The notes below the pieces were generated by a model that was given only the letters and a program-made list of their open reading frames with translations, ran no database searches and was not told the origin of the DNA. 64,000 nt of DNA, taken from Candidatus Saccharimonadia bacterium. Its GTDB lineage: Bacteria; Patescibacteriota; Saccharimonadia; Saccharimonadales; 2-12-FULL-41-12. This document shows, in pieces, positions 35,289 to 44,846 of this stretch. The stretch is taken from NCBI GenBank assembly GCA_963717365.1, contig OY970327.1, positions 863,752 to 927,751 of the forward strand, written 5' to 3'. The position numbers were made by a program, and so were the translations under genes. The number at the start of each line of letters is the position of its first letter. Position 1 is the stretch's first letter.

Positions 35289-36350
35289 ATGAAAATTCTT
35301 GGCATTGAAACCAGTTGTGATGAAACCGCTGCAGCGGTAGTAGAAGATGGCTGTCGGCTACTCTCGAACGCCGTTGCCAGTTCGATGGACCTGCACGCAG
35401 CCTATGGCGGCGTAGTGCCGGAAATCGCCGCTCGCAGCCACATTGAAGCCATGATGCCGGTTGTAAACCAAGCACTGTCCAATGCTTCTGCCGGCTGGGA
35501 TGACATCGACGGCATTGCCGTTACCTATGGACCTGGGCTGGGCGGCAGCTTGTTGATAGGCGTCATGACAGCCCGCACCCTGGCTATTACTAAGAAAAAG
35601 CCTTTGTACGCGGTCAACCACGTCACCGCCCATTGCTATGCTAATTTTCTAACCAGCACTTCCCTGCCCGGCTACACGCTGCCGGCTAAGCAGCCAGAAT
35701 TTCCGTTGCTGGCGTTAATTGTCAGCGGTGGGCACAGCCAGCTCGTGCTGTTCCGCAATTATTTTGATTATGAAATTCTGGGACGCACCCGGGATGATGC
35801 CATTGGCGAAGCCTTTGATAAGGTCGCTAAAATCATTGGCCTCCCCTACCCCGGCGGCCCAAGTATCAGCAAAAAAGCCCTTAAAGGCAACCCCTTGGCT
35901 TACAAATTTCCTAAGGCAAATATGGATTCACCGTATGATTTCAGTTTTTCAGGTCTGAAAACTGCCGTTTTACGTACTGCTCAGGCGGCCGTCGGCAAGT
36001 CGTATGACTTCCCTAGTTTTCAGATTGCGCCCTTGTTAACAGATACACAGGTAGCTGATATTGCCGCCAGCTTCCAGCAGGCTGCGATTGAAACCGCGGT
36101 GGATAAAACGCTGCGGGCTTTTGAAGAATATTCGCCTAAAAATATTATTATTGCCGGCGGCGTGGCGGCCAACCAGGAATTACGCCGCCAGATGACAGAA
36201 CGGCTGCCAATTGCAATTGGATATACCGACATGAAGCTATGCACCGATAACGGCGCGATGATCGCGGCTTGCGGCAGCTATATGGTCCAGGCCGGACATG
36301 CTCCAGCAGACCCCTTTTCGCTCAATATTGAGCCAAATTTATCGATGTAA
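35289..36350 (+). CDS. tsaD: tRNA N6-adenosine threonylcarbamoyltransferase
   Basis: Trimmed to MKILGIETSCDETAAAVV; VNHVTAHCYA metal-binding His pair; GGVAAN. Confidence 0.93.
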   Translation: MKILGIETSCDETAAAVVEDGCRLLSNAVASSMDLHAAYGGVVPEIAARSHIEAMMPVVNQALSNASAGWDDIDGIAVTYGPGLGGSLLIGVMTARTLAITKKKPLYAVNHVTAHCYANFLTSTSLPGYTLPAKQPEFPLLALIVSGGHSQLVLFRNYFDYEILGRTRDDAIGEAFDKVAKIIGLPYPGGPSISKKALKGNPLAYKFPKANMDSPYDFSFSGLKTAVLRTAQAAVGKSYDFPSFQIAPLLTDTQVADIAASFQQAAIETAVDKTLRAFEEYSPKNIIIAGGVAANQELRRQMTERLPIAIGYTDMKLCTDNGAMIAACGSYMVQAGHAPADPFSLNIEPNLSM

Positions 36351-36709
36351 CGGTTATTTTTTCTTAAAATTGCTTATGCCTATAATCTGTTTAACAATAA
36401 TCTTGTGGAAAACTTAGAATTATGACGCTTGTGTTAAATATCTTACAGGCTATACTAAGTAACTGAAAACAAAAAGTTTTTGCTCGTGGGCTAAACAAAA
36501 AGTTGGCTCACGAGCTTCAAAACTGATCGGGTAATAAACCAGACGTTTTGTACAAATACAATTCGGGTAACAGCGAGACTAGGGTTAAGCACTTTTGATA
36601 CTACAAAAGGATTTTATTCTATTGTCAAGTTACTTTTCACGTGGAAATTATAAATTACAACGATTTATTAAATTATTATTAAATTTTGCCCGAAATTTCA
36701 TTAAATCTT

Positions 36710-37087
36710 ATGAAGTCACCCCAGTTAGCTAAAATATTCGGTCCAAGACCATTTCTTGTAAAACTGGTAATTATTGCTTTGCTTTTTATAGCATTTATCC
36801 TATTTGTTTGGCTATTTATTCTGCGCGGGCACACTCAGATTACGCGGGTAGGGGAGTATATCCCTGGGGCAGCTTCCTGTAACAGCTATATTCTTGAGAA
36901 CGGCATTAGAATTGACGATAATTGCAAGATAGAAGCAATACCGGGGTTTAAGGGGACAGAACAAAGACAGCCGAACGCGGATGTCATTGGGTCTCCCATA
37001 AAAGGGGACCGTGTACTACTGTTTACCGAGATAGCAAACCTCAAAAGCGGAGCGGTCGATAAAGCAGTCTTTAAACTGCCTTTTTAA
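36710..37087 (+). CDS. hypothetical small membrane-anchored protein
   Basis: Trimmed to the ATG (MKSPQLAKIFG...), one TM (LVIIALLFIAFILFVWLFIL); isolated in a ~940-bp gene-poor stretch. Confidence 0.4.
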   Translation: MKSPQLAKIFGPRPFLVKLVIIALLFIAFILFVWLFILRGHTQITRVGEYIPGAASCNSYILENGIRIDDNCKIEAIPGFKGTEQRQPNADVIGSPIKGDRVLLFTEIANLKSGAVDKAVFKLPF

Positions 37088-37291
37088 CATCGAGGGGTTA
37101 CCTTCAACCAGTTCGTAGCGGCTGAAGGATAAGACGTTAACCTAGTTTGGGCACTATATCCGCGTTTCATTAATATTTCATGAAGTTAAAATATAGTGCT
37201 GGAGCAAGGGTTAGTAAGATAAAAGAATTCTGAAGTTACTAGCAAGGACTTGATTGAGCTCCTCCAACAGAGGTGATATACTGATGGCTTA

Positions 37292-39856
37292 ATGAAGTTA
37301 TCCAAAGCCTACGAACCGAATCAATACGAATCTGATATCTATGCCCTTTGGGAGAAGAGCGGAGCGTTTGTGCCCCAGGCTCGCGGCAGCAAAAAAACCT
37401 ACTCAATTGTGATGCCGCCGCCTAACGCCAATGCTAATCTGCACATTGGTTATGGCTTATCAGCTGGGCTTGAGGATATTGCCGCCCGCTATCATCGGAT
37501 GAAAGGGGAAGCCACATTATTACTACCTGGTGCCGATCACGCTGGCTTCGAAACGCAGTCAGTCTACGAAAAACATCTAGCCAAAGAAGGCAAGAGCCGG
37601 TTTGATTTTAGTAGAGAAGAGCTGTATAGCCAAATTTGGGATTTTGTCGCGCTTAACAGAGGTAATTTTGAGCAGCAAATTCGTCAACTGGGTATTAGCT
37701 GCGACTGGAACCAGTACACCTTTACCTTGGACGAAAAGATTGTTAGCCAGGCCTATGCGACCTTTAAGAAAATGTGGGATGAAGGTTTAATTTACCGCGG
37801 CGAACGGCTGGTTAACTATTGTACGTTCCATGGCACCGGCTTTGCCGACATAGAAGTTGAATATAAAGACGCCACTACGCCGCTCTATTACATGAAATAC
37901 GGGCCGTTTGAGCTGGCAACCACTCGGCCAGAAACTAAATTTGGCGATACGGCTGTGGCGGTTCACCCGGATGATGAGCGCTACAAGCAGTATGTTAACC
38001 AAATAATTACCGTAGAGGGCCTTACCGGGCCGTTTGAGCTACGCGTTGTTGCCGATGAAATGGTTGATCCTAACTTCGGTACAGGTGCTGTTAAAATTAC
38101 ACCAGCGCATGACTTTAATGACTATGAAGTTGCTAAGCGACATAACCTTCAGGCAGTACGAGTTATTAATCATGACGGTACGCTCAACCAAAAAACAGGG
38201 AAGTACGCTGGCATGAGCGTCTTAGATGCCCGCAAGGCTGTCGCAGAGGATCTCGACAAAAAAGGGCTACTCGTCAAAGTTGATAAAGATTATAAAAATC
38301 GAGTTGGGGTGTGCTATAAATGCGGCACTATTATTGAGCCGATGTTGATGGAACAGTGGTTCATAAATATGCAGCCATTAGCTAAACAAGCTATTGAAGT
38401 ACTAAAAAAAGAAAAGATTACTTTCTACCCAAGCAGTAAAAAAGACCAATTAATTGTTTACTTACAGGGGTTACGAGATTGGAATATCAGCCGCCAAATT
38501 GCGTGGGGGATACCAATCCCAGCCTTTAAGAATGTAGATGACGCTGATGATTGGATTTTTGACGAGCGGGTTGATCAGGAAATCATAGAGGTAAACGGCA
38601 AAACCTACCACCGGGATCCGGATGTGTTTGACACCTGGTTTAGTAGCTCTAGTTGGCCCTATGCGACACTTGATTATCCGGACGGCGAGAACTTTAAAAA
38701 ATTCTACCCAAATGGGCTGATGGAAACTGGCGGTGAAATTCTCTACCCTTGGGTAAGTCGCATGATCATGCTCGGCTTATACGTGACCGGAGAGGTGCCT
38801 TTTAAAGAAGTCTACATTCATGGCTATGTGATGGCCGAAGACGGCTCAAAGATGAGCAAATCCATCGGTAACGTCGTTGACCCAGTCCCACTGATTGAAC
38901 AGTATGGCTCCGACGCTTTGCGCATGGGTATTCTAGCCGGACGTACACCAGCGGTTAACAGGGGCTATGATTCAAGGCGGGTTGAAGAAGCCCGTAACTT
39001 CTGCAACAAACTGTGGAACGTCGCCCGCTACATAGAGGACATCCTAGGTGAAAACGTATCGCTTGGTGCCACCGCACAACCCGTAACCGTTGCTGACCAT
39101 TGGATATTGGGCCGATTGAACAGTGCCACCAAAACACTCAGTGGTCATCTAGACAGATATCGCTTCAGTGAGGGTTATGAGCTGCTGTATCACTTGATAT
39201 GGGACGATGTAGCAGATTGGTACATAGAAAGCAGTAAAGGGCATCCTAACGCGTCTGTGTTGAATGTTGTGATGGAGACTATCCTCAAGTTAACTCATCC
39301 TTTTGCGCCATTCGTCACAGAAACTATCTGGCAGACCCTGCAACCAGAGACGAATGATCTGTTAATCACCAGTTCATGGCCTAAAAATCTGCCATTTGAT
39401 AAAAAACAGGGTGCCGACTTTGAAAAACTTAAAACGATAATCAGTGAAATTCGTGCTATTAAGACGCTCTTACACTTAAGTGGCGCTAGTTTATACTTCA
39501 CTGATGCGCCGTTCATTGCTGATAATGCGGTTCTTATTAAAAAACTGGCGAAACTAGACGCTGTTAAGCAAGTAAGCGATGGCCGCGGGCTGCACCTGAC
39601 GCGGGCCAAGGAAAATTGTTGGCTGGACGTTGATTTTACGACCGCCCGTGATTTTACTGACAAATTACGTGATAAACAGGCGAGTATAGTTAAACAGGTT
39701 GAAAATCTCACCGGCCGCCTGGGCAATGAAGCTTACACCAAAAAGGCTCCTAAGCAGCTCGTTAACCAATCAAAACACCAGTTGGAAGAGCTAAACAGTG
39801 AACTGGTAGTTATTGAGAACCAGATTACCCAATTTGAAGAATTACAGAGCCATTAG
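37292..39856 (+). CDS. valS: valine--tRNA ligase
   Basis: 854 aa; PPPNANANLHIGY (HIGH) and SKMSKSIGN (KMSKS); C-terminal coiled coil. Confidence 0.96.
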   Translation: MKLSKAYEPNQYESDIYALWEKSGAFVPQARGSKKTYSIVMPPPNANANLHIGYGLSAGLEDIAARYHRMKGEATLLLPGADHAGFETQSVYEKHLAKEGKSRFDFSREELYSQIWDFVALNRGNFEQQIRQLGISCDWNQYTFTLDEKIVSQAYATFKKMWDEGLIYRGERLVNYCTFHGTGFADIEVEYKDATTPLYYMKYGPFELATTRPETKFGDTAVAVHPDDERYKQYVNQIITVEGLTGPFELRVVADEMVDPNFGTGAVKITPAHDFNDYEVAKRHNLQAVRVINHDGTLNQKTGKYAGMSVLDARKAVAEDLDKKGLLVKVDKDYKNRVGVCYKCGTIIEPMLMEQWFINMQPLAKQAIEVLKKEKITFYPSSKKDQLIVYLQGLRDWNISRQIAWGIPIPAFKNVDDADDWIFDERVDQEIIEVNGKTYHRDPDVFDTWFSSSSWPYATLDYPDGENFKKFYPNGLMETGGEILYPWVSRMIMLGLYVTGEVPFKEVYIHGYVMAEDGSKMSKSIGNVVDPVPLIEQYGSDALRMGILAGRTPAVNRGYDSRRVEEARNFCNKLWNVARYIEDILGENVSLGATAQPVTVADHWILGRLNSATKTLSGHLDRYRFSEGYELLYHLIWDDVADWYIESSKGHPNASVLNVVMETILKLTHPFAPFVTETIWQTLQPETNDLLITSSWPKNLPFDKKQGADFEKLKTIISEIRAIKTLLHLSGASLYFTDAPFIADNAVLIKKLAKLDAVKQVSDGRGLHLTRAKENCWLDVDFTTARDFTDKLRDKQASIVKQVENLTGRLGNEAYTKKAPKQLVNQSKHQLEELNSELVVIENQITQFEELQSH

Positions 39857-39936
39857 AGTTTGCCAGGCTCTTACACGTGGTTTCCCACACTCTCACCCCA
39901 GTACTTTTTAAAATTACACATTTAGTACACACGCCG

Positions 39937-39965
39937 TACACACTGTTTAACGAATCAAGTGTGTA
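39937..39965. terminator. hairpin between convergent valS and DUF805 genes (weak terminator candidate)
   Basis: TACACACT (39937-44) / AGTGTGTA (39958-65), within a stretch carrying several ACACAC/GTGTGT copies; downstream ...gtagtttt. Confidence 0.35.
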
Positions 39966-40015
39966 TTGAGTGTGTAGTTTTGAAAATAAGAAAAAAGTAA
40001 TTTAGAAATTCGTCG

Positions 40016-40498
40016 CTAGAATTTAATAACGAGGTCACGGAGCCGGAAATTTTTGTGTGGCGCCGGCCCAAAGTTATTATGTTTTTTCTGGCCGGGAAGG
40101 GCACACACACCGAGTACGATCACGAAACCGATGATGTTCAGAACCCAGACATCGGCCAGGCGCGAGACTACCTGAAGCAGAATAAACGTCCAAAGCAGTA
40201 GCATACCTGGGTAGCCAATATCATGCATTCGTTTGACAAACAGTACCGCGGCATAAAACCCAAAAAGCAATATCGGGACGGCATATAAGGCATAAAACAC
40301 CTTGAATATTGAAGCCGAACCACCACTGCCGCTGACCAAAATATCGATTATAGCTACTGGACCGATGTATATCAGGGCGATAAAGCCCAGCACTGCCAGA
40401 CCAACGGCATTGCCGAGTACAAACGTTTTGCGATTAATTCGTCCTTTGAAAGCAGGTAACATTAACTCTATTCTGACTGAAGCCGGCCAGAGATTCAA
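40016..40498 (-). CDS. DUF805 family membrane protein
   Basis: FKGRINRKTFVLGN motif plus 4 TM segments; start could be the internal M13. Confidence 0.7.
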   Translation of the reverse strand: MNLWPASVRIELMLPAFKGRINRKTFVLGNAVGLAVLGFIALIYIGPVAIIDILVSGSGGSASIFKVFYALYAVPILLFGFYAAVLFVKRMHDIGYPGMLLLWTFILLQVVSRLADVWVLNIIGFVIVLGVCALPGQKKHNNFGPAPHKNFRLRDLVIKF

Positions 40499-41766
40499 AC
40501 TGAAACAGAATATCCACCTGTTTTTGCCTGTAAATCAAAGTTTTCCTCAATGAAATTAATCACTTTTTGGGGATCAACGCTGTGGTGGAAAACGATATTT
40601 GGTCCATGCTGATCTAGGTACACCGCTTCAATATCGCCGTCAGCATTTGCCGTCAGCCCGCGCGAAGTATTTTCGCCGCACTGGTGGCTGCCGCATTCAT
40701 ATTCGCGCTGTGAGACCGTTGATATTACAGAGCCGGGCTTAATTGGGCAATGGAAATGCACAATGCAGTCTTTGTCGGAGTGTTGTTCGAACACAATGCG
40801 CTGGGATTGACCGCCGACCGAGGGTTTGCTGCCGTAGGCCAGTACTTTATCATCGCCGTCTGTTTCAACTTTAACTAAACCAATTTCATCAAGCTGGTTA
40901 AAATTTGTCTTGCGACGCGAGGTTAGGAACGTGCCTGACCCAATTTTGGCAGCGAAATGCCCGGCCGTAACACCGAGAAATGCTTTATAGGCACCCTCTT
41001 GTATACAGTGATCAACTACTCGGCGCAGACTAGGGTAGACTTCCTCGCTTTGCCAGGGAACTGGTTCGCCAGCGATGACGGTCGATTCGGTAAAACTCAT
41101 CTGAGAACGCCACTTGGCAATATCTACCAGGCCTTCCAAGGCGACTTGCCGGTCAGTGCTTTCGTGGTAAGCCGCTTCCTCGGGGGTAATTACCATGTTG
41201 TTACGTGTACGAGTATCGTTTGCAAGGACTAGATTTAACCCATTCTGCTTAAGCAATCTTAGCCCAGCCGAGTACTGCATATCCGGTGGCGCCCCGACGG
41301 TAGTTTTAAAGCCGACCGCGAATATGTCTTTGCGCGGTTTCTGGCCATTAACTGATTCACGGCGCAACATTGGTATGATTTTTGGGTTTGGCTCAAGTTC
41401 CATAGCTTGTGAATCAGCCGAACTAAGACGGTCAGCCGTACGGTCAGAGTCAATGTCACCGACTTTGCCACGGAAATCACAGATTACCGGCGACCAAAAT
41501 ATCATTTTAGTTGCATAGTCACCGACAATTACGGCCGCAAGCTGGCGTAAGTCGTCGGAAGTTTCTAGCCGGCTGGAGGGATCTGCCATGCGCGTCAGAT
41601 GTACATTGGCTTCCATTTCAGGCATGATTTCCTGGCATAGTTCGCCCAAGTGGCGAGCAGTTGCTCCATAAGCTGGGGCTGCAAGAGCTAGGTGGCTCCT
41701 GACCGGCTCAATAGTACCGCCACCGATGATGTGAATTTGTTTGTGATAACTTTCCTGACGTTCCAT
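40495..41766 (-). CDS. two-domain protein: CoaB-like (DFP fold) N-terminal half plus class II aldolase/adducin-like C-terminal half
   Basis: N-half IHIIGGGTIEPVRSHLALAAPAYGATARHLG...NPKIIPMLR...FAVGFKTT...NLVLANDT parallels phosphopantothenate-cysteine ligase. C-half GVTAGHFAAKIGSGTFLTSRRK...LVKVE...CIVHFHC parallels class II aldolases. Confidence 0.6.
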   Translation of the reverse strand: MERQESYHKQIHIIGGGTIEPVRSHLALAAPAYGATARHLGELCQEIMPEMEANVHLTRMADPSSRLETSDDLRQLAAVIVGDYATKMIFWSPVICDFRGKVGDIDSDRTADRLSSADSQAMELEPNPKIIPMLRRESVNGQKPRKDIFAVGFKTTVGAPPDMQYSAGLRLLKQNGLNLVLANDTRTRNNMVITPEEAAYHESTDRQVALEGLVDIAKWRSQMSFTESTVIAGEPVPWQSEEVYPSLRRVVDHCIQEGAYKAFLGVTAGHFAAKIGSGTFLTSRRKTNFNQLDEIGLVKVETDGDDKVLAYGSKPSVGGQSQRIVFEQHSDKDCIVHFHCPIKPGSVISTVSQREYECGSHQCGENTSRGLTANADGDIEAVYLDQHGPNIVFHHSVDPQKVINFIEENFDLQAKTGGYSVSV

Positions 41767-41876
41767 TTAGACACTCCTTTATTACGGTATGACACATCGT
41801 AAATAATTATTTTAGTGGTCGACAGTTTTTTGTATATAATTAATATATACAAATTATTTTATATCTGTAATTTTAA

Positions 41877-42632
41877 ATGAAATTATCTCATACAATTTTA
41901 ACTAAAGCTGGTTTGAATAAGTCTGAGACGACGGTTTACCTTGCTGGCAAACAACTTGGCGACGTCTCGAGCGGGGAACTAATCCGTAACGTTAAGCTGC
42001 CTCGCCAGACGGTATTGAGTGCTCTGCGTGGGCTCCAAGAATACGGACTTTGCCTATTTAAACGTAGAGATGGTCGCAGTTATATTTATGCTATGCAAGA
42101 AATCAGTGCCATTACTTCGCACTTGGGAAGACGGATTCGGGTAGTTGAAGCGTTGATTGACAATATCGAAAAACTGCCGGCTGAAGACCTAAACCAGACT
42201 ACCATAACAGATGGGATAGGTAGCCAGCAGCTACAGGATCATTTAGAACGAGCGCTTCGTTGCTCCAGTCGACAATGGCGAATTATTGCGCCCAGAGATA
42301 ACGCGCTACGGTATTTGCCGGCAAACTATGTAAATTACTTCAAGCGTGTCCGTTCAGAGCGGCAAATTAGTAGCCAGACACTCTGGGAACATACCTTCAG
42401 CGACCAAACAATTAGTCTCATCGATACACTGATGCGCAAGCCTCGTTACATACCAAAGAATTCAACAAAACATATTCCGGCAATCTTACTCAGTTTTGAT
42501 GATTCACTACTGTTTATTAGCGGGAAGGAGAAGGCATCAAGCACCTTAATTACAAATCGCGACGTAGTGGCTACCTATACTATTATTTTTGACTTAGCGT
42601 GGCAGACTTGCCGTGAATCATCAAAAGGCTAG
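41877..42632 (+). CDS. TrmB-like HTH transcriptional regulator
   Basis: N-terminus LTKAGLNKSETTVYLAGKQLGDVSSGELIRNVKLPRQTVLSALRGLQEYGL. Confidence 0.6.
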   Translation: MKLSHTILTKAGLNKSETTVYLAGKQLGDVSSGELIRNVKLPRQTVLSALRGLQEYGLCLFKRRDGRSYIYAMQEISAITSHLGRRIRVVEALIDNIEKLPAEDLNQTTITDGIGSQQLQDHLERALRCSSRQWRIIAPRDNALRYLPANYVNYFKRVRSERQISSQTLWEHTFSDQTISLIDTLMRKPRYIPKNSTKHIPAILLSFDDSLLFISGKEKASSTLITNRDVVATYTIIFDLAWQTCRESSKG

Positions 42633-43490
42633 CGCTTCGCGGATGCGGCGGATCGACTCATCAGGCGCATAATCATCAAACCACAGGGTTTGCCAGCCAG
42701 CCCGTTCGGCGGCTAGTAAATTAATCTTAGTGTCATCAACAAAGAGAATCTCCGAGGAAGGACTGCCTGCTTTCTCGGCCGCGATCTGGTATATTGCCGG
42801 GTCTGGCTTGATCAATTTGACCTCCGATGAGTCAACGATCGCGTTGTACGGAATATCTGGTATCAAGCCACGTTCTATCATCGCCGGGATAAAACCAGGC
42901 ATAATATTGCTGAGCAGCCCGACGTTATAGTATTGGGACACTTCTTTCAACAGCGATGCAGTTACATCAATGTTCACAATCGCGTTCAGGTAATATGTCA
43001 TCCAATCAAACGTCTCCACCTCAAAGCAACGGGCCAGCACGGAATTGAATTCTTCCAGCGGCATTATGCCCTTACAGACCGCATCATTGTATTGCAAATA
43101 GGTTGCTTCGACAATATCGGAGTCAATTCCCGTATCAGCCGCAACAGCCGCAAACGTTCGTTGATAAAACTGCACCAAACAACCATTTATATCAAAATAA
43201 ACAAACGAGATCCCGCTTTTTGATTGTTTTTTCCCCCTTGTGGCCATGCCGCTGAGCAGCACATCTACCGTAGTATCGAGGGCACTCGCAATCTGTTGTA
43301 TCGTAAAGATTGAGGGCGACTTGATAGCGCCGCGTTCAATTTTGGCGAGCGTAGAATAACTCAGCCCAGATTTTTGGCATAACTGTTGCTGTGTGTAGCC
43401 GGCAGCCTGCCGAGCTTCCTGCAACCGCACTCCCAACCCTTTTTCGTCCATAGCCATATCATACCAGTTATACGGCTGATAATCGAGCAA
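42621..43490 (-). CDS. XRE-type HTH domain fused to a HAD-like hydrolase domain
   Basis: LGVRLQEARQAAGYTQQQLCQKSGLSYSTLAKIERG (XRE HTH), then VYFDINGCLV ... LFVDDTKINLLAAERAGW (HAD motifs I and IV). True start may be M12/M14. Confidence 0.75.
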   Translation of the reverse strand: MLDYQPYNWYDMAMDEKGLGVRLQEARQAAGYTQQQLCQKSGLSYSTLAKIERGAIKSPSIFTIQQIASALDTTVDVLLSGMATRGKKQSKSGISFVYFDINGCLVQFYQRTFAAVAADTGIDSDIVEATYLQYNDAVCKGIMPLEEFNSVLARCFEVETFDWMTYYLNAIVNIDVTASLLKEVSQYYNVGLLSNIMPGFIPAMIERGLIPDIPYNAIVDSSEVKLIKPDPAIYQIAAEKAGSPSSEILFVDDTKINLLAAERAGWQTLWFDDYAPDESIRRIREALAF

Positions 43491-43530
43491 AACTAGCCAT
43501 TTACGGCCAGTCTTGATTAGTCTGCTGAAT

Positions 43531-43767
43531 TTAGCTGGTCGCGTCGTCTACTAATTTTACGATGCTTAAAATAAAGAAAAATGCGATGGCTCCGGCGATA
43601 ACCCCAACAATAATTGAAGATTTGTTATTACCACCGGTGCGACGCAGCGTTTTATTCCAAACCCATGTACCAACGCTTATCCCAACGATTGCACCTATTA
43701 TTGTTCCACTAAACATATTGTATGTAAGTATAGCCCATAGGCAGCCAAAGTTGTATAGCCATTGCAA
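43531..43767 (-). CDS. small two-TM membrane protein
   Basis: 78-aa ORF with two Gly/Ile-rich hydrophobic segments; start uncertain. Confidence 0.4.
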   Translation of the reverse strand: MQWLYNFGCLWAILTYNMFSGTIIGAIVGISVGTWVWNKTLRRTGGNNKSSIIVGVIAGAIAFFFILSIVKLVDDATS

Positions 43768-43812
43768 TTTAGAATCTAGATTTTGTTAGGGAATGGCTAT
43801 ACAGTAGTGATC

Positions 43813-44835
43813 ATGAATATAGCTAGAGGAATAGTGAGCTGGATCAGCTTATACCTAGTAGGTATCTTTTTTGTCCTAACCGCGAGTATGTACGCGTTAT
43901 TTGGCACAATAAACGCTGATATTATTGCCAAGACACTCCAGGAAGAAAATACATACTCCAAAATAGTGCCTGCGGTTTTGTCGAGCGCAGAAAAGGATAC
44001 GACTGGCAGCATACACCAATTACCGCTCCAATCACCTTGGGTCCGAAGCGCTGCTGAAACGGCTTTTCCGCCGTCTGATCTGCAACAAAAGAGTGAAGTT
44101 GCCATAAACAGTACCTTCGCCTGGTTGGAAGGGAAGACCTCCAAACCAGAATTTACGATTGATTTTAGCCAAAATAAGCAACGTTTTAGCGAGGAACTTG
44201 GTAAAAATCTGGAGCAGCAACTGAGTAGCTTACCCCCTTGTGGCCTGAGCAATATACCTACTTCGGTTAATGTTTATACCGCCACTTGCTTGCCGCCTGG
44301 GGTTAGCCCGGGGCAAGTTAAAAGTGTTGTTAGCCAGCAAATCGCAACCGATACCAGCTTCTTGAAGGATCCAATTTTTTCTTCCGATGATTTAACGAAA
44401 GAAAAAAGTACCCTAGAAGGAGTAGGCGCACCTGCCGTCATAAAAGAAAATCCGTTAACTGGGTTAGACGGATTGCGGGGCCTGTTCGAAAATAAGAATT
44501 TGTTGCTATGGTTGCTGCCTATCATCACCGTAGCGCTAGTTGTCATGGGTGTTCTTTTGGCAACAAGTCGGGAGAAAGCGCTACGGCGCCTAACACGATC
44601 ATTCTTTTTTTCAGCCATTGGCTTACTCGCCGTTGGGCTCGTATTGGGCTATGTCGTAGACCAATTGGGCGCTCTAGAAACAACTGACGCAGTAGCAAAC
44701 GATTTGCTTAGGCCTGTTTTTCTTAACCTGACCACGCAGTTAGCAACCTATTTCTTCATCTCCGCCGGCATTGGCCTGTTGATGGCAATAGTACTATTCG
44801 CCGGTCGAAGACAAATGAAACAACATACGTTTTAA
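43813..44835 (+). CDS. hypothetical polytopic membrane protein with a large extracytoplasmic loop
   Basis: Trimmed to the ATG (MNIARGIVSWISLYLVGIFFVL); N-terminal TM, ~230-aa loop, 3 C-terminal TM segments. Confidence 0.6.
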   Translation: MNIARGIVSWISLYLVGIFFVLTASMYALFGTINADIIAKTLQEENTYSKIVPAVLSSAEKDTTGSIHQLPLQSPWVRSAAETAFPPSDLQQKSEVAINSTFAWLEGKTSKPEFTIDFSQNKQRFSEELGKNLEQQLSSLPPCGLSNIPTSVNVYTATCLPPGVSPGQVKSVVSQQIATDTSFLKDPIFSSDDLTKEKSTLEGVGAPAVIKENPLTGLDGLRGLFENKNLLLWLLPIITVALVVMGVLLATSREKALRRLTRSFFFSAIGLLAVGLVLGYVVDQLGALETTDAVANDLLRPVFLNLTTQLATYFFISAGIGLLMAIVLFAGRRQMKQHTF

Positions 44836-44846
44836 GATTGAGCGAG

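Noticed and set aside
37088-37291. T-box riboswitch upstream of valS
   Set aside because: I could not find the conserved T-box sequence, the AG bulge/GNUGGUA elements or a Val specifier codon context. I kept it only as a generic structured leader.
39857-40015. Cluster of ACACAC/GTGTGT motifs between valS and the DUF805 gene as a possible repeat element
   Set aside because: The copies are short (6-8 nt) and imperfect. The simplest reading is a convergent-gene terminator hairpin in low-complexity sequence, so it is listed only as a weak terminator feature.
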